A stretch of 32,523 nucleotides of DNA from an uncultured Desulfobacteraceae bacterium (GCA_964633575.1 CAZWGY010000003.1:1-32523); one strand, 5' to 3'. Positions 1-11,060 are shown, counted from the stretch's first letter. The notes: a model not told the origin generated them from the letters alone. Made by a program: numbers and translations.

Positions 1-37
1 CAAAACCTCGCTAATATATCCCCACCCCGATCCACTG

Positions 38-1330
38 TCAAGATGTTTTTTCAAAGATGATCCGATGATATCGTTTTTTTCCTGCCCTGAGCATCAACTC
101 CCCGTTTTCCAAAAGGTTATGCGACAGCCGGTCATCCACGGACTCCACCCGGCAACCGTTTACATAGGCTCCCCCCTGCTCAATGAGCCGACGCGCCGCT
201 CCGCCGGAGGCGGCAAGACCGCTTTCCTGGAACAGCTTGAACAGGGCGACACCTTCCTTAAGACGGGCCATCGGCATGGTTGAACACGGTACCGAATCGT
301 CCGCAAGTCCGCCCCCCGCCTCATGAACCCGGCTTGAAGGGAGTATATCCGTCTTGATCATGCGTTCCCCGAACATGCTGGCCGCCGACCGATGGGCCTG
401 AAGAGCATCCTCTGCTCCATGAGCCAGCCGAGTCGCCTCGAATGCCAGAACCGTTTTTGCCGCATTCAGGTCCGCTCCGGTCAACGCTTGGGTCTCGCGG
501 ATCTCATCCATCGGTAGAAACGTATAGAGAGCCAGGAACCGCCGCACATCCCGATCATCCGTATTGATCCAGTATTGATAGTAATCATACGGCGAGGTCC
601 GATCACGATCAAGCCAGACCGCCCCTTGGGCCGTCTTGCCCATTTTAGCCCCACCGCTGGTGGTAATCAGGGGAAATGTAGCGCCAAAGGTTGCCTCTCC
701 CCGGACCCGGCGAATCAGGTCGATTCCGGCCACGATGTTCCCCCACTGGTCGCTGCCGCCCATCTGAAGACGACATCCGTAATGATCAAACAGCTTTAAA
801 AAATCGTATGCCTGAAGCACCTGGTAATTGAATTCGATGAAACTGAGACCATCATCCGAGTCGAGGCGCATCCGATAGCTTTCAGCCTTGATCATCCGGT
901 TGACGCTGAAATATCGGCCGATATCCCTTAGAAAAGGAATGTATTCAAGCGATAACAGCCAGTCGGCATTATTGACCATTATCGCGCGTCCATCTGAAAA
1001 ATCTATAAAATTAGAGAGCTGACCTTTTATTCCGGCGGCATTTTCGTCCACGATAGCTGGGGTGAGCATCCGCCGCATTTCGGTCTTGCCGGATGGATCT
1101 CCCACCAGCCCCGTCCCTCCTCCGACCAGGGCGATGGGTCGATGTCCGCATCGCTGGAGCTGCGCAAGGGCCATAATGGGCACGAGATTGCCGATGTGTA
1201 GGCTCGACGCGGTCGGATCAAAGCCGATATAGGCGGAAATAGACTCCCCTGTCACATACGCCTTGAGCTCCTGATCATGCGTGGTCTGATCGATGAACCC
1301 CCGTTCACTTAACACATCGATTACATTCAT
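38..1330 (-). CDS. tyrS: Tyrosyl-tRNA synthetase
   Basis: 430-aa ORF, ATG at 1330 and TGA at 38. Class I aaRS HIGH motif present as 'LHIGNL' and KMSKS as 'KMGKT'. TyrRS-like core ('GGSDQWGNI') and a C-terminal S4-like domain ('GGAYVNG'). Starts 12 nt downstream of rny, so probably co-transcribed. Confidence 0.95.
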   Translation of the reverse strand: MNVIDVLSERGFIDQTTHDQELKAYVTGESISAYIGFDPTASSLHIGNLVPIMALAQLQRCGHRPIALVGGGTGLVGDPSGKTEMRRMLTPAIVDENAAGIKGQLSNFIDFSDGRAIMVNNADWLLSLEYIPFLRDIGRYFSVNRMIKAESYRMRLDSDDGLSFIEFNYQVLQAYDFLKLFDHYGCRLQMGGSDQWGNIVAGIDLIRRVRGEATFGATFPLITTSGGAKMGKTAQGAVWLDRDRTSPYDYYQYWINTDDRDVRRFLALYTFLPMDEIRETQALTGADLNAAKTVLAFEATRLAHGAEDALQAHRSAASMFGERMIKTDILPSSRVHEAGGGLADDSVPCSTMPMARLKEGVALFKLFQESGLAASGGAARRLIEQGGAYVNGCRVESVDDRLSHNLLENGELMLRAGKKRYHRIIFEKTS

Positions 1331-1342
1331 GAGACGCCTTTC

Positions 1343-2905
1343 CTATTTGTTGGCATATTCCACGGCCCGGGTCTCCCGGATCACCATCACCTTAATTTGT
1401 CCCGGAAATGTCAGGGACTCCTCAATCTTTCTGGCAATATCCCGACTGAGCAGGACGGTTTCCTCATCCGAGACAATGGCGCTTTCCACCATCACCCTCA
1501 TCTCCCGGCCAGCCTGAATGGCATAGGAGCTGGTCACTCCCTTAAAAGCATTGGCGATCTTTTCCAGGTCATCCAGCCGCTTGATATAATTTTCCAAGAG
1601 CTCCTTACGAGCCCCGGGGCGGGCTCCGGACAAGCCATCGGCGGCTTGGACCAGAAAATCATATACGGATGAAGGAGGGACATCTTCATGATGGGCGGCA
1701 ATGGCCTGAACCACCTTTGGGGATTCTCCGTGTTTTTTGGCCAGCTTCGACCCGATCAGCGCGTGAGTTCCTTCCATTTCGTGATCCACCGCCTTGCCGA
1801 TGTCGTGTAACAAACCCATCCGGCGGGCAAGCTTCTGGTTTAAACCAAGCTCGGCGGCCATAATCCCGCAGAGGAACCCGACTTCCACGGAATGCTGGAG
1901 GACATTCTGAGCGTAGCTTGTCCGGAATTTGAGCCGACCAATGTATTTGATGAGCTCGTTGTGAATCCCGTGGACCCCCAGATCAAATGCCGCCTGCTCA
2001 CCAGCTTCCTTGATGACCCCATCCACCTCGTTGCTCACCTTTTTGACCACGTCCTCAATCCGGGCCGGATGAATCCGGCCATCGGATATGAGTCGCATCA
2101 GGGAAAGGCGGGCGACCTCCCGCCTCACTGGATTGAAGCCGGAAAGGATGACCGCTTCAGGGGTATCGTCGATGATCAGATCGATTCCGGTGGAGGCTTC
2201 CAGCGCCCGGATATTTCGACCTTCCCGGCCGATAATCCGCCCCTTCATCTCGTCATTGGGAAGCTGGACCACCGATACCGTCCTTTCGGCAACAAAATCG
2301 CCGGCGTATCTCTGGATCGCCGTGGCCATTATTTCCTTGGACTTTTTATCGGCCTCTTCCTTGGCCTCGTTTTCGATTCGCTTAATCATTTTGGCGCCCT
2401 CGTATCGGGCCTCGTTTTCCATGGCCCGGATCAAGAGCTCTTTGGCCTGCTCGGCCGTCAGCCCGGAAATGGTCTCCAACTGATGTTTCTGCTCTTCGAT
2501 CAGCTCATTGTATCGAAGCTCGTACTGCTCGATCTCGCCTTCCCGCTTGTTGAGCTTTTTTTCTTGCCGAGAAATGTCTCTCTCCCGGCGTTCGATCTGC
2601 TCCAGTTTCCGGTCGAGGTTCTCTTCCTTCTGGATCAGCCGGCGCTCCTGCTTTTTCAGCTCAGCCTTGGAATCCCGGGTCTCCGCATCGAACTCGCTTT
2701 TCATTTTGAAAAGCTTGTCTTTTGCCTCCAGCTTGGCTTCCTTGAGCAGGGTGTCGGCCCGTCGGGTGGCGTCATCCACGATTTTGGTGGATTGCTCTTC
2801 GGCCATCCGTACCTTCTGGGTCGCGACCACCCCTTTGATCCAAAAGGCGATCGCGAATCCCACCCCAAGCCCAAGCAGGCCAAATATCACACTATATTCA
2901 TTCAT
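1343..2905 (-). CDS. rny: Ribonuclease Y
   Basis: 520-aa ORF. N-terminal TM helix ('[18 protein letters not shown]'), long Lys/Glu-rich coiled coil, KH motif '[15 protein letters not shown]' and HD motif 'LLHDIGKA'. AAGGAG Shine-Dalgarno 7 nt upstream of ATG 2905. Confidence 0.95.
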   Translation of the reverse strand: MNEYSVIFGLLGLGVGFAIAFWIKGVVATQKVRMAEEQSTKIVDDATRRADTLLKEAKLEAKDKLFKMKSEFDAETRDSKAELKKQERRLIQKEENLDRKLEQIERRERDISRQEKKLNKREGEIEQYELRYNELIEEQKHQLETISGLTAEQAKELLIRAMENEARYEGAKMIKRIENEAKEEADKKSKEIMATAIQRYAGDFVAERTVSVVQLPNDEMKGRIIGREGRNIRALEASTGIDLIIDDTPEAVILSGFNPVRREVARLSLMRLISDGRIHPARIEDVVKKVSNEVDGVIKEAGEQAAFDLGVHGIHNELIKYIGRLKFRTSYAQNVLQHSVEVGFLCGIMAAELGLNQKLARRMGLLHDIGKAVDHEMEGTHALIGSKLAKKHGESPKVVQAIAAHHEDVPPSSVYDFLVQAADGLSGARPGARKELLENYIKRLDDLEKIANAFKGVTSSYAIQAGREMRVMVESAIVSDEETVLLSRDIARKIEESLTFPGQIKVMVIRETRAVEYANK

Positions 2906-3276
2906 ACCCGATCTCCTTCGATCCTGAGGGACTGTGTTTTTCCCACCGCCGCGGCGCCATGATTCAAGTAAGGCGCTCCGCCATCAGAAAACCGTTTCCC
3001 CTTGGGGATGTCTTCAGGGGTCGACGCTGTCCATTTTTCAAAGGACACCGCCGTGCGGTTTGCGAATGGGTACCATTTTTGGATAATCGAAGGTTGGGTG
3101 ATCGTTGGCGGGATAATCCAGGCGATTTGCCAATGCCTCAACAGCGTGCTACCGTTGAATGGCGGGCATCGACATATTCCGGACAGATGGGCCAGCAGGA
3201 TGGCAAGGAGTCTGAAAACCCCCGCCTAAGTGCCGTGTTGGTAAGGCCTTTGAACCTGACGTTCAAAGTGGGCGCC

Positions 3277-3894
3277 CTATCGTCTCTTTAGGCTTTCCTG
3301 TACTAGCAGGACCTGCACACCAAGACGAGTGAGGGCTCCCGGTTTATTCAGTGTTGGGACAAAGCGCATCTTCCAATCACGAACACGGCAGGGGTTTTGA
3401 ATATATGACTCGATTTTTTGGCTCCGATTATCATCGGGACCGGTTGGCGGGTCCGGAAAAGATATCGGCTCGATACTGTTTAAGGTAATGGACGCGATTT
3501 CTCCCGGACAGGCGAGGCTCCCTTTCCATTTGATTCCTCGGAACATCTTCTCGCAAGTGGCCTTCCCCATTCTGAAAAGGGGTCCCACTAAGGGGCCAGC
3601 ACCCGGCGTGTCGCTCTTTCCGCGTCGAAAAGCCGCAACCGTCCAGGCGATTGCCAGACAATATGCAATTCCACCTGTCCGCCGGACCATCAAACGATCC
3701 AAGAGGTTCCAATGCATCATCTGAAGGATTCCGATTATAAAGGATGCCATACGAATTCCGATGAAGTCACCTTGCCTGACCTGAAAAGATTCATAAGCCA
3801 CTTCCGTAATCCTCAACCCTTCAGCGCCGTTTAAAATGGCCGATGACATGCCGCGCTTCCGTTGGCGCCGTGTCACGGGTATCATGGAAAGCAA
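3277..3894 (-). CDS. Orphan hypothetical protein (doubtful gene) inside the low-GC spacer
   Basis: 205-aa ORF from TTG 3894. The first ATG, with a GGAAG SD, is at 3849 and gives 190 aa. I recognise no family motif. Third-codon-position GC is only about 50%, unlike neighbouring genes. A perfect 8-bp hairpin (3248-3268) follows the stop but has no U-tract. Confidence 0.3.
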   Translation of the reverse strand: MLSMIPVTRRQRKRGMSSAILNGAEGLRITEVAYESFQVRQGDFIGIRMASFIIGILQMMHWNLLDRLMVRRTGGIAYCLAIAWTVAAFRRGKSDTPGAGPLVGPLFRMGKATCEKMFRGIKWKGSLACPGEIASITLNSIEPISFPDPPTGPDDNRSQKIESYIQNPCRVRDWKMRFVPTLNKPGALTRLGVQVLLVQESLKRR

Positions 3895-4126
3895 ACAGAG
3901 AATTCTTATGTCGGCGTTCGCGTCGTCCGTATCTTAAGCTCCTGCTTGAGCTGCTATAGCACATGAATCCGTTGGAATATCTCTTATTATCGTAGTCCAC
4001 TCTTGGGTCAACGGCGCCATGTGCGGCCCGATTGCCTTCGGCGGTTGAATCATCATGGCCAATATAAGCCACTGTATCACCGCAACGCTTCTTCTTTTTT
4101 TATATAACCGTTCAGTTGTCGGAAAG

Positions 4127-4897
4127 TCAAGCGCTTTCCTTCGGCTCTCTAAGGATTGACTCCATTTTGGATAGGTCATCCAAGGTGTTGACCCCCAACA
4201 GCTCACTTTCATCATCTCTGACCAGAGCCCCGACTCGTAAACCGTTTGCGCCGGCAATGCCCACAATGTCGGTCAAATACAGCTCCCCTTGAGCATTGTC
4301 AGCTTTCAACGGATTGAGGCACTGCTCCAGCACATCCCGCTTTACGCAATAGATGCCGGAGTTTACCGTTGTGATCCGCCGCTGGGATGGGGTTGCATCC
4401 GCCTCCTCGACGATCCCGACAACTTCCCCCCGCTTATCTTGAAGGACCCTGCCATATCCCTTGGGCTCGGCCATCTTGACCGCCACCATCGAAACATCCC
4501 GGTTTAAACGAATATGGTCGTCAATCAAAGAAGTGATGGTATCGGTTGTAATCAGCGGCACATCACCACAAAGGATCACGACCTGTTCAGCATGGGGCGG
4601 CAGGGCAGACAGCGCGCACTGAACGGCATGTCCGGTTCCACGCTGCTCCGACTGCAGGGCGAAAATCGCCTCGAATTTCCGGCGGACCAGATCCCGAACC
4701 TGATCCGCCTGATGCCCAACCACCAGGACGACATCCGGGCCGGCCACTTTTGCGGCGGTCTCCACTACAAACAGGATCATCGGCTTACCGCCGATCTCAT
4801 GGAGCACCTTGGCCTTGCTCGATTTCATTCGAGTTCCAAGTCCGGCCGCGAGAATCACCACGGCCACGTTTTCCCGTCGAGATTGTTTCGTGCGCAT
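4127..4897 (-). CDS. glmU: GlmU-like N-acetylglucosamine-1-phosphate uridyltransferase, N-terminal domain only (no acetyltransferase left-handed beta-helix domain)
   Basis: Motifs 'VVILAAGLGTRMKS', 'QSEQRGTGHAV', 'ILCGDVPLI', 'NSGIYC' and 'GELYLTDIV' are colinear with the E. coli GlmU pyrophosphorylase domain. The ORF ends ('GVNTLDDLSKMESILREPKESA*') where the linker helix of full-length GlmU begins. Start chosen at ATG 4897 (GGAG SD 9 nt upstream). The ORF track's GTG at 4942 lies inside a hairpin. Confidence 0.8.
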   Translation of the reverse strand: MRTKQSRRENVAVVILAAGLGTRMKSSKAKVLHEIGGKPMILFVVETAAKVAGPDVVLVVGHQADQVRDLVRRKFEAIFALQSEQRGTGHAVQCALSALPPHAEQVVILCGDVPLITTDTITSLIDDHIRLNRDVSMVAVKMAEPKGYGRVLQDKRGEVVGIVEEADATPSQRRITTVNSGIYCVKRDVLEQCLNPLKADNAQGELYLTDIVGIAGANGLRVGALVRDDESELLGVNTLDDLSKMESILREPKESA

Positions 4898-4922
4898 ACC
4901 AATCCGCTCCGTCGGTCTGACG

Positions 4923-4965
4923 AAAACGGGCAGCCCGGCCACTACTGCCCGACTGCCCGTTTTTC
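4923..4965 (-). terminator. GC-rich hairpin between atpC and glmU (weak intrinsic terminator or attenuator)
   Basis: On the minus strand: AAAAA-CGGGCAG-t-CGGGCAG-tagtggccggg-CTGCCCG-TTTT. An 8-bp stem (4926-4933 with 4953-4960) is followed by a 4-nt U-run. The 5' arm is duplicated, which allows two alternative pairings. The structure ends only about 25 nt before the glmU ATG. Confidence 0.35.
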
Positions 4966-5048
4966 ATCTGATGCTCGGTATTTGGTTGACGCGGAATGCG
5001 GCGGCAGTTCCACGGCAAGATCTTTGCCGAAGGCCTCCGCGTCGTCGA

Positions 5049-5459
5049 TTATCTGTTTTCAGCCACCCGAAGTCTGTGGAGCGCCCTTTCCAACGCCGCC
5101 TTGGCCCGAATGAAATCGATGTCCTCCCGCTTTGCATCCAGACGCTTCTGTGCCCGATCGAGGGCGGATTTGGCTCGTTCGACATCAATGTCTCGCCGTC
5201 GCTCAGCCGATTCCGCCAACACCGTGACCTTTTTCGGCAGGGCTTCCGCGAAACCTCCGCTGACAAAGATCACCCGCTCAGCCCCACTGGCATCCCGATA
5301 CCGGATATTTCCCAGCTTGAGCGTCGTCAGAAACGGGGTGTGACCGATAAGAACGCCGAACTCTCCCTCTGAACCAGGAGCCACTACAATTTGGACATCC
5401 TCTTTGACGACCTCTTTCTCCGGCGTCACGATCTCCAGTCGTATGTTTTCAGCCATCAT
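5049..5459 (-). CDS. atpC: ATP synthase F1 epsilon subunit
   Basis: 136-aa ORF immediately downstream of atpD. Typical N-terminus 'L.IVTPE' and C-terminal helical hairpin 'RAKSALDRAQKRL'. The start could be ATG 5459 or 5456. Confidence 0.93.
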   Translation of the reverse strand: MMAENIRLEIVTPEKEVVKEDVQIVVAPGSEGEFGVLIGHTPFLTTLKLGNIRYRDASGAERVIFVSGGFAEALPKKVTVLAESAERRRDIDVERAKSALDRAQKRLDAKREDIDFIRAKAALERALHRLRVAENR

Positions 5460-5473
5460 TTTCCCCCGTCCGA

Positions 5474-6892
<1,419 letters not shown>

Positions 6893-6929
6893 CTAAAGAC
6901 CTCCTGACTACTCGGTAGGTTTTTGCCCC

Positions 6930-7826
6930 TTATCCCTTGAGCGCTTCGGCACCGCCGACGATGTCCATCAATTCTCCGGTAATGGCCGCCTGACGCGCTT
7001 TGTTATAGATCAAGGTCAGATTATCGATCATATCGTTACACGCCTTGGTGGCGTTGTCCATGGCCATCATCCGGGCGGCATGCTCACTGGTCGAGGTTTC
7101 CAGAAGCGCGCTGAATAGCTGGACGTAAACATTCCGTGGAAGCATCTCGCCAAGCAGCTCCTCGGCGGAGGGCTCACAGATATGCTCCGGCTGATATTCT
7201 TCCCCTTCCGTCTCCTCGGCTTCCGATTCTTCCGTCTCGATGGGTGGAATGGGTAGAAGCTGTTTCAAAACGGGTACCTGCCGGGCCATGGACTGAAACT
7301 CCGCGTAAACCAGCCAGACCTCGTCATAGGTTCCGTCAAGGAACTTCTGAATGAGCTTATTGCCGGATAACGACGCCACATGGAACTCGAATTTACTTCC
7401 GACCACGCCGATGTATTCGTCGACTCGGGTCAGACCATACTTGCGACAATAGTCGCGCCCCTTCTTGCCGAAGTTGGTGAAAGAGACCTCGACCCCATCG
7501 GCCCGCCGCTCTTTCATCAGGCGCTCGGCCCGCCCAGTCAGGTTCGAATTGAATCCACCGCACAACCCCCGGTCGGAGGTGCACAGCACAATGTGCGACG
7601 TCCGAACCTTATCCCGGGGGATCAACAGCGGACTCGCCTCGTCAGAGGCTCGCCCGGCCAGACTGCCCAGGACCTCCGCGAACTTGTCGGCATACGGACG
7701 AAAGCCTTCCATGCTCCCCTGGGCTCCCCGGAGCCTCGAAGCCGCGACCATGTTCATGGCCTTGGTTATCTGCTTCGTCTTTTTGACCGCACTGATTTTC
7801 GTCTCGACGTCCTTTAACGTTGCCAT
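6930..7826 (-). CDS. atpG: ATP synthase F1 gamma subunit
   Basis: 298 aa. Starts 'MATLKDVETKISAVKKTKQITKAMNMVAASRLR' and ends 'ITGELMDIVGGAEAL', both canonical gamma-subunit termini. Confidence 0.95.
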   Translation of the reverse strand: MATLKDVETKISAVKKTKQITKAMNMVAASRLRGAQGSMEGFRPYADKFAEVLGSLAGRASDEASPLLIPRDKVRTSHIVLCTSDRGLCGGFNSNLTGRAERLMKERRADGVEVSFTNFGKKGRDYCRKYGLTRVDEYIGVVGSKFEFHVASLSGNKLIQKFLDGTYDEVWLVYAEFQSMARQVPVLKQLLPIPPIETEESEAEETEGEEYQPEHICEPSAEELLGEMLPRNVYVQLFSALLETSTSEHAARMMAMDNATKACNDMIDNLTLIYNKARQAAITGELMDIVGGAEALKG

Positions 7827-7842
7827 ACGATTTCAGCCCTCT

Positions 7843-9360
7843 CTATTGGACAGTCTCCTTGAACTCCTCATCAAATTCATTCAAAGCCTTGGTCATCAAT
7901 TGATCGAGGTCATCGTCGATCGCCTGCTTCTCCTTGAGGGTCGAAAATAGCTGAGGGTATCGATCCTCGATGAACCGGTAGAGATCGGCTTCGAATCGGG
8001 CCAGGACGTCCGTGCTATACTTGTCGAGATAACCGCGGGCACCAGCGAACAAAATGGTGACCTGCTTTTCCATGGGCAGCGGCTGGTACTGAGGCTGCTT
8101 GAGAATCTCCACCAGTCTCGCCCCTCGGGTGAGCTGCCGCTGGGTGGCCTTGTCCAGGTCGGATCCGAAGGCGGCAAAGGCTTCGAGCTCACGGTACTGA
8201 GCAAGATCGAGCCGCAGGGTACCGGCCACCTGTTTCATCGCCTTCACCTGGGCCGCGCCACCTACCCGGGAAACGGACAGACCGACGTTGATGGCGGGAC
8301 GGACGCCCGCGAAAAATAGGCCGGGCTCAAGGTAGATCTGACCATCGGTAATGGAGATCACGTTGGTGGGAATATAGGCGGAGACGTCACCGGCCTGGGT
8401 TTCGATGATCGGCAGGGCCGTGAGCGATCCGGCACCGAGCTCGTCGTTGAGCTTTGCGGCCCGCTCCAGCAGGCGGGAGTGGTTGTAGAAAATGTCACCG
8501 GGGTAGGCTTCCCGGCCCGGGGGCCGTCTCAGCAGCAGGGAGACCTGACGATAGGCGGCCGCCTGCTTGGAAAGGTCGTCGTAGATAATCAGGGCATGCT
8601 GTCCCCGATCCCGGAAATACTCGCCCATGGCGCAGCCGGCATAGGGGGCGATGTACTGCTGGGTCGCGGGGTCCGAAGCACAGGCGGAAACCACCGTGGT
8701 GTATTCCATGGCGCCGTGCTTTTCCAGCACCGAAACCACCTGGGCGACTGTGGATTTTTTCTGCCCACAGGCCACATAGATGCAATAGATTTCCGTATCT
8801 TTCTGGGCCAGGATGGCGTCGATGGCCACCGCGGTTTTTCCGATCTGCCGGTCGCCGATGATCAACTCCCGCTGACCGCGGCCCACCGGCGTCATGGCGT
8901 CGACGGCCTTGAGACCGGTGTAGCAGGGCTCATGGACACTCTTCCGGGCGATGACGCCGGGCGCCACCATCTCTACCCGACGATATTCATCGGTTTCAAT
9001 GGGGCCTTTGCCGTCAATGGGCTCGCCCACGGCGGTCACGACCCGGCCGAGGACGGCTTCGCCCACCGGGACCTGGGCAATCCGCCCGGTCCGTTTGACG
9101 ATATCGCCCTCTTTAATGTGGATGTCCTCGCCCATAATGGCGACACCCACATTGTCCTCTTCCAGGTTCAGCGCCAGTCCGAGAATCCCACCGGGAAACT
9201 CCACCAGCTCCAGGGCCATCACTTGTTCGAGACCGTAAACGCGGGCAATGCCGTCACCCACCGACAAAACCACTCCGGTTTCGCTCAGTTCGACCTTCTT
9301 GTCATAGTCCGTGATCTGCTCTTTGATTATCTGACTGATTTCTTCGGCTCTTAGTTCCAT
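7843..9360 (-). CDS. atpA: ATP synthase F1 alpha subunit
   Basis: 505 aa. Walker A 'GDRQIGKT', conserved along its whole length. The start overlaps the atpH stop (TAATG). Confidence 0.98.
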   Translation of the reverse strand: MELRAEEISQIIKEQITDYDKKVELSETGVVLSVGDGIARVYGLEQVMALELVEFPGGILGLALNLEEDNVGVAIMGEDIHIKEGDIVKRTGRIAQVPVGEAVLGRVVTAVGEPIDGKGPIETDEYRRVEMVAPGVIARKSVHEPCYTGLKAVDAMTPVGRGQRELIIGDRQIGKTAVAIDAILAQKDTEIYCIYVACGQKKSTVAQVVSVLEKHGAMEYTTVVSACASDPATQQYIAPYAGCAMGEYFRDRGQHALIIYDDLSKQAAAYRQVSLLLRRPPGREAYPGDIFYNHSRLLERAAKLNDELGAGSLTALPIIETQAGDVSAYIPTNVISITDGQIYLEPGLFFAGVRPAINVGLSVSRVGGAAQVKAMKQVAGTLRLDLAQYRELEAFAAFGSDLDKATQRQLTRGARLVEILKQPQYQPLPMEKQVTILFAGARGYLDKYSTDVLARFEADLYRFIEDRYPQLFSTLKEKQAIDDDLDQLMTKALNEFDEEFKETVQ

Positions 9361-9911
9361 TAGGCACTCTCACCCCTTTTTAAAGATTCTCTCATATTGA
9401 ACAATTGTGTTTTCACACTACCATCCAACACAAGGTCCCCTATTTTGGTCACGATCCCACCGATAAGGGAAGGATCCTGTTCCACATCCAGGACGACACT
9501 TTTGCCGGTCCGCTTGGACAACGCTTCCCGGATTCGCTCCACGGTCTCCTCGGGCAGCTCAGTCGCCGAGACCAGGCTGGCTCGGGCGACTCCTTTCAGA
9601 TCATCGGCCAGCTTCTGATAGAACTCATTGATGCTGCTCAAAAACCCAATCCGGCCCTTGTCGAAAAGGAGCTGCATAAAAGACTCCATCACGCTCGACA
9701 GCTCCAGCATATCGATGACGGCACGCAGGACCTTTTTCCGGCCTTCACTATCATAGAGGGGATTGGTTACGGCCTGCTCCAGCTCCCGATTATCAGCCAG
9801 GAGCTTGGCAAGCCCGTCGAGCTCCTCACGATAGGTCTCCGCCTGGCCGTCCTCCTTGCCGATTAGCAGAAGTGCCTTGGCATATCGCCTTGCGATCGCT
9901 AAGTTTCTCAT
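9360..9911 (-). CDS. atpH: ATP synthase delta (OSCP) subunit
   Basis: 183 aa. OSCP-like 'IARRYAKAL' N-terminus and '[16 protein letters not shown]' C-terminus. TAATG overlaps on both sides, with atpF and atpA. Confidence 0.9.
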   Translation of the reverse strand: MRNLAIARRYAKALLLIGKEDGQAETYREELDGLAKLLADNRELEQAVTNPLYDSEGRKKVLRAVIDMLELSSVMESFMQLLFDKGRIGFLSSINEFYQKLADDLKGVARASLVSATELPEETVERIREALSKRTGKSVVLDVEQDPSLIGGIVTKIGDLVLDGSVKTQLFNMRESLKRGESA

Positions 9912-10540
9912 TAGGCTACCACCTTCTTCAAGTATTCATCCACCAGTCGCTCCTGATCATCCTCTGAGATCCGATCCCGAATGAGCTGTTCGGCCTTTTC
10001 GAGGGCCTTTTCCAAAACTTCTTCCTGAAGGTGCTTCCGGGCCTGCTCAAACTCATTGTTGATGTTTCGGCGGGCCTGCTCCTCGAGCTTCTCGGCGGCG
10101 GACTCAGCTTCCTGAATGATCCGGACTCGCGCATCCTTTCCCTGCTGAATGTATTCATCCACGATCCGCTGGGACTCTTCTTCCAGCCTGGCAAGGCGCT
10201 GGGTGTACTGAGCCAGCTCTTCTTCCGCCGCCCGCTTTTTGGCCTCCAGATCACTGAGTTGATCCTTAATGCCCTTGATGCGACCATCCAGGGCCTGGGC
10301 CACGGGTTTGCGCAAAAGGAAAAAGAGCGCAACGGCCAGGACGGTGAAGTTCATCACCCGATAAGTATCCGTCGCCGCCCATCCTTTCGGCTCGCCCGAT
10401 CCATGCTCACCGCCGCCGGCTGCCCACGCGGTGCTTCCGGCGACCGTCAACGACAAAAGGATCATCGCCGCTACCGTCACCGCCCACCGGAAGCTAAGAG
10501 CATGGCGCCCGTGTCTTCGGCCTGTCAAACGCATTTCCAT
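9911..10540 (-). CDS. atpF: ATP synthase Fo subunit b, with an N-terminal signal-like extension
   Basis: One TM segment ('VMNFTVLAVALFFLL') followed by a long Ala/Glu/Arg-rich helix. An extra N-terminal hydrophobic segment ('AVTVAAMILLSLTVAGSTAWA') is also present. Start placed at ATG 10540 (GGGAGGA SD, TGATG overlap with the b' stop) rather than TTG 10543. Confidence 0.85.
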   Translation of the reverse strand: MEMRLTGRRHGRHALSFRWAVTVAAMILLSLTVAGSTAWAAGGGEHGSGEPKGWAATDTYRVMNFTVLAVALFFLLRKPVAQALDGRIKGIKDQLSDLEAKKRAAEEELAQYTQRLARLEEESQRIVDEYIQQGKDARVRIIQEAESAAEKLEEQARRNINNEFEQARKHLQEEVLEKALEKAEQLIRDRISEDDQERLVDEYLKKVVA

Positions 10541-10965
10541 CAAACCGTCCTCCCCAGAATTTTTTGACCGATGTCCCCGGCAAAGGCGTCGACTTCCCGC
10601 ATCAGCGTCGATCTCACGGATTCCGCTTCACGGGCAACCTTTTCCCGAACCTTTGCCAGCTCTTCCTGTGCCTTGGCATTGATCTTGCTTATAATTTCCT
10701 TTTCCTCGGCCTCTGCTTCCTGTACCAAGGATTCTTTCTCCCTGAGCCCCCGGGTCCGGGCGGACTTGATCCCCTCGGCGAACTCCGCCTCCTTTTCCCG
10801 AGCGGTCGCGTGAAACTTCTCGATATTCTCCTCAAGTCCCGTCACCCGCTTGCTACGTTGACGAAGCATCTCCCGGATGGGCCGATACAAAACGATGTTC
10901 ATAATCCATACCAGCAGGATGAAATTGATAATCTGTATGATGAGAGAGCTGTCAATCTTTACCAT
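10540..10965 (-). CDS. atpF2: ATP synthase Fo subunit b' (second b-type stalk subunit)
   Basis: 141 aa. N-terminal TM ('LIIQIINFILLVWIMNIVLY') then a charged helix. GGAGGTGA SD upstream of ATG 10965. First gene of the operon. Confidence 0.8.
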   Translation of the reverse strand: MVKIDSSLIIQIINFILLVWIMNIVLYRPIREMLRQRSKRVTGLEENIEKFHATAREKEAEFAEGIKSARTRGLREKESLVQEAEAEEKEIISKINAKAQEELAKVREKVAREAESVRSTLMREVDAFAGDIGQKILGRTV

Positions 10966-11060
10966 TACTCACCTCCGCTTGTGTTGTAATACTTAAAAGT
11001 TTAAAAGAGTTACAATTCCCGCCATCCGGTAATTCCATCCCCGGCAAAAAATTTGAGGGT

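Noticed and set aside
3421-3480. Known structured RNAs in the low-GC islet. 'GGGTCCGGAAAAG' superficially resembles the SRP RNA domain IV 'GGUCCGGAAGGAAGCAG'. I also looked for RNase P (GGAAAGTCCGGGC), tmRNA 3' T-arm/CCA ends and group II intron domain V.
   Set aside because: The SRP-like match stops after the GGAA loop and has no complementary 3' strand. None of the other signatures is present on either strand. Only a covariance-model scan could settle this properly.
9911-10965. ATP synthase locus lacks the a, c and I subunit genes, has two b-type subunits, and subunit b carries an N-terminal signal-like extension.
   Set aside because: Split Fo/F1 loci with paired b and b' genes are a well-known arrangement in several lineages, for example sulfate reducers and alphaproteobacteria. 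The missing genes are expected elsewhere in the genome, so this is not novel.
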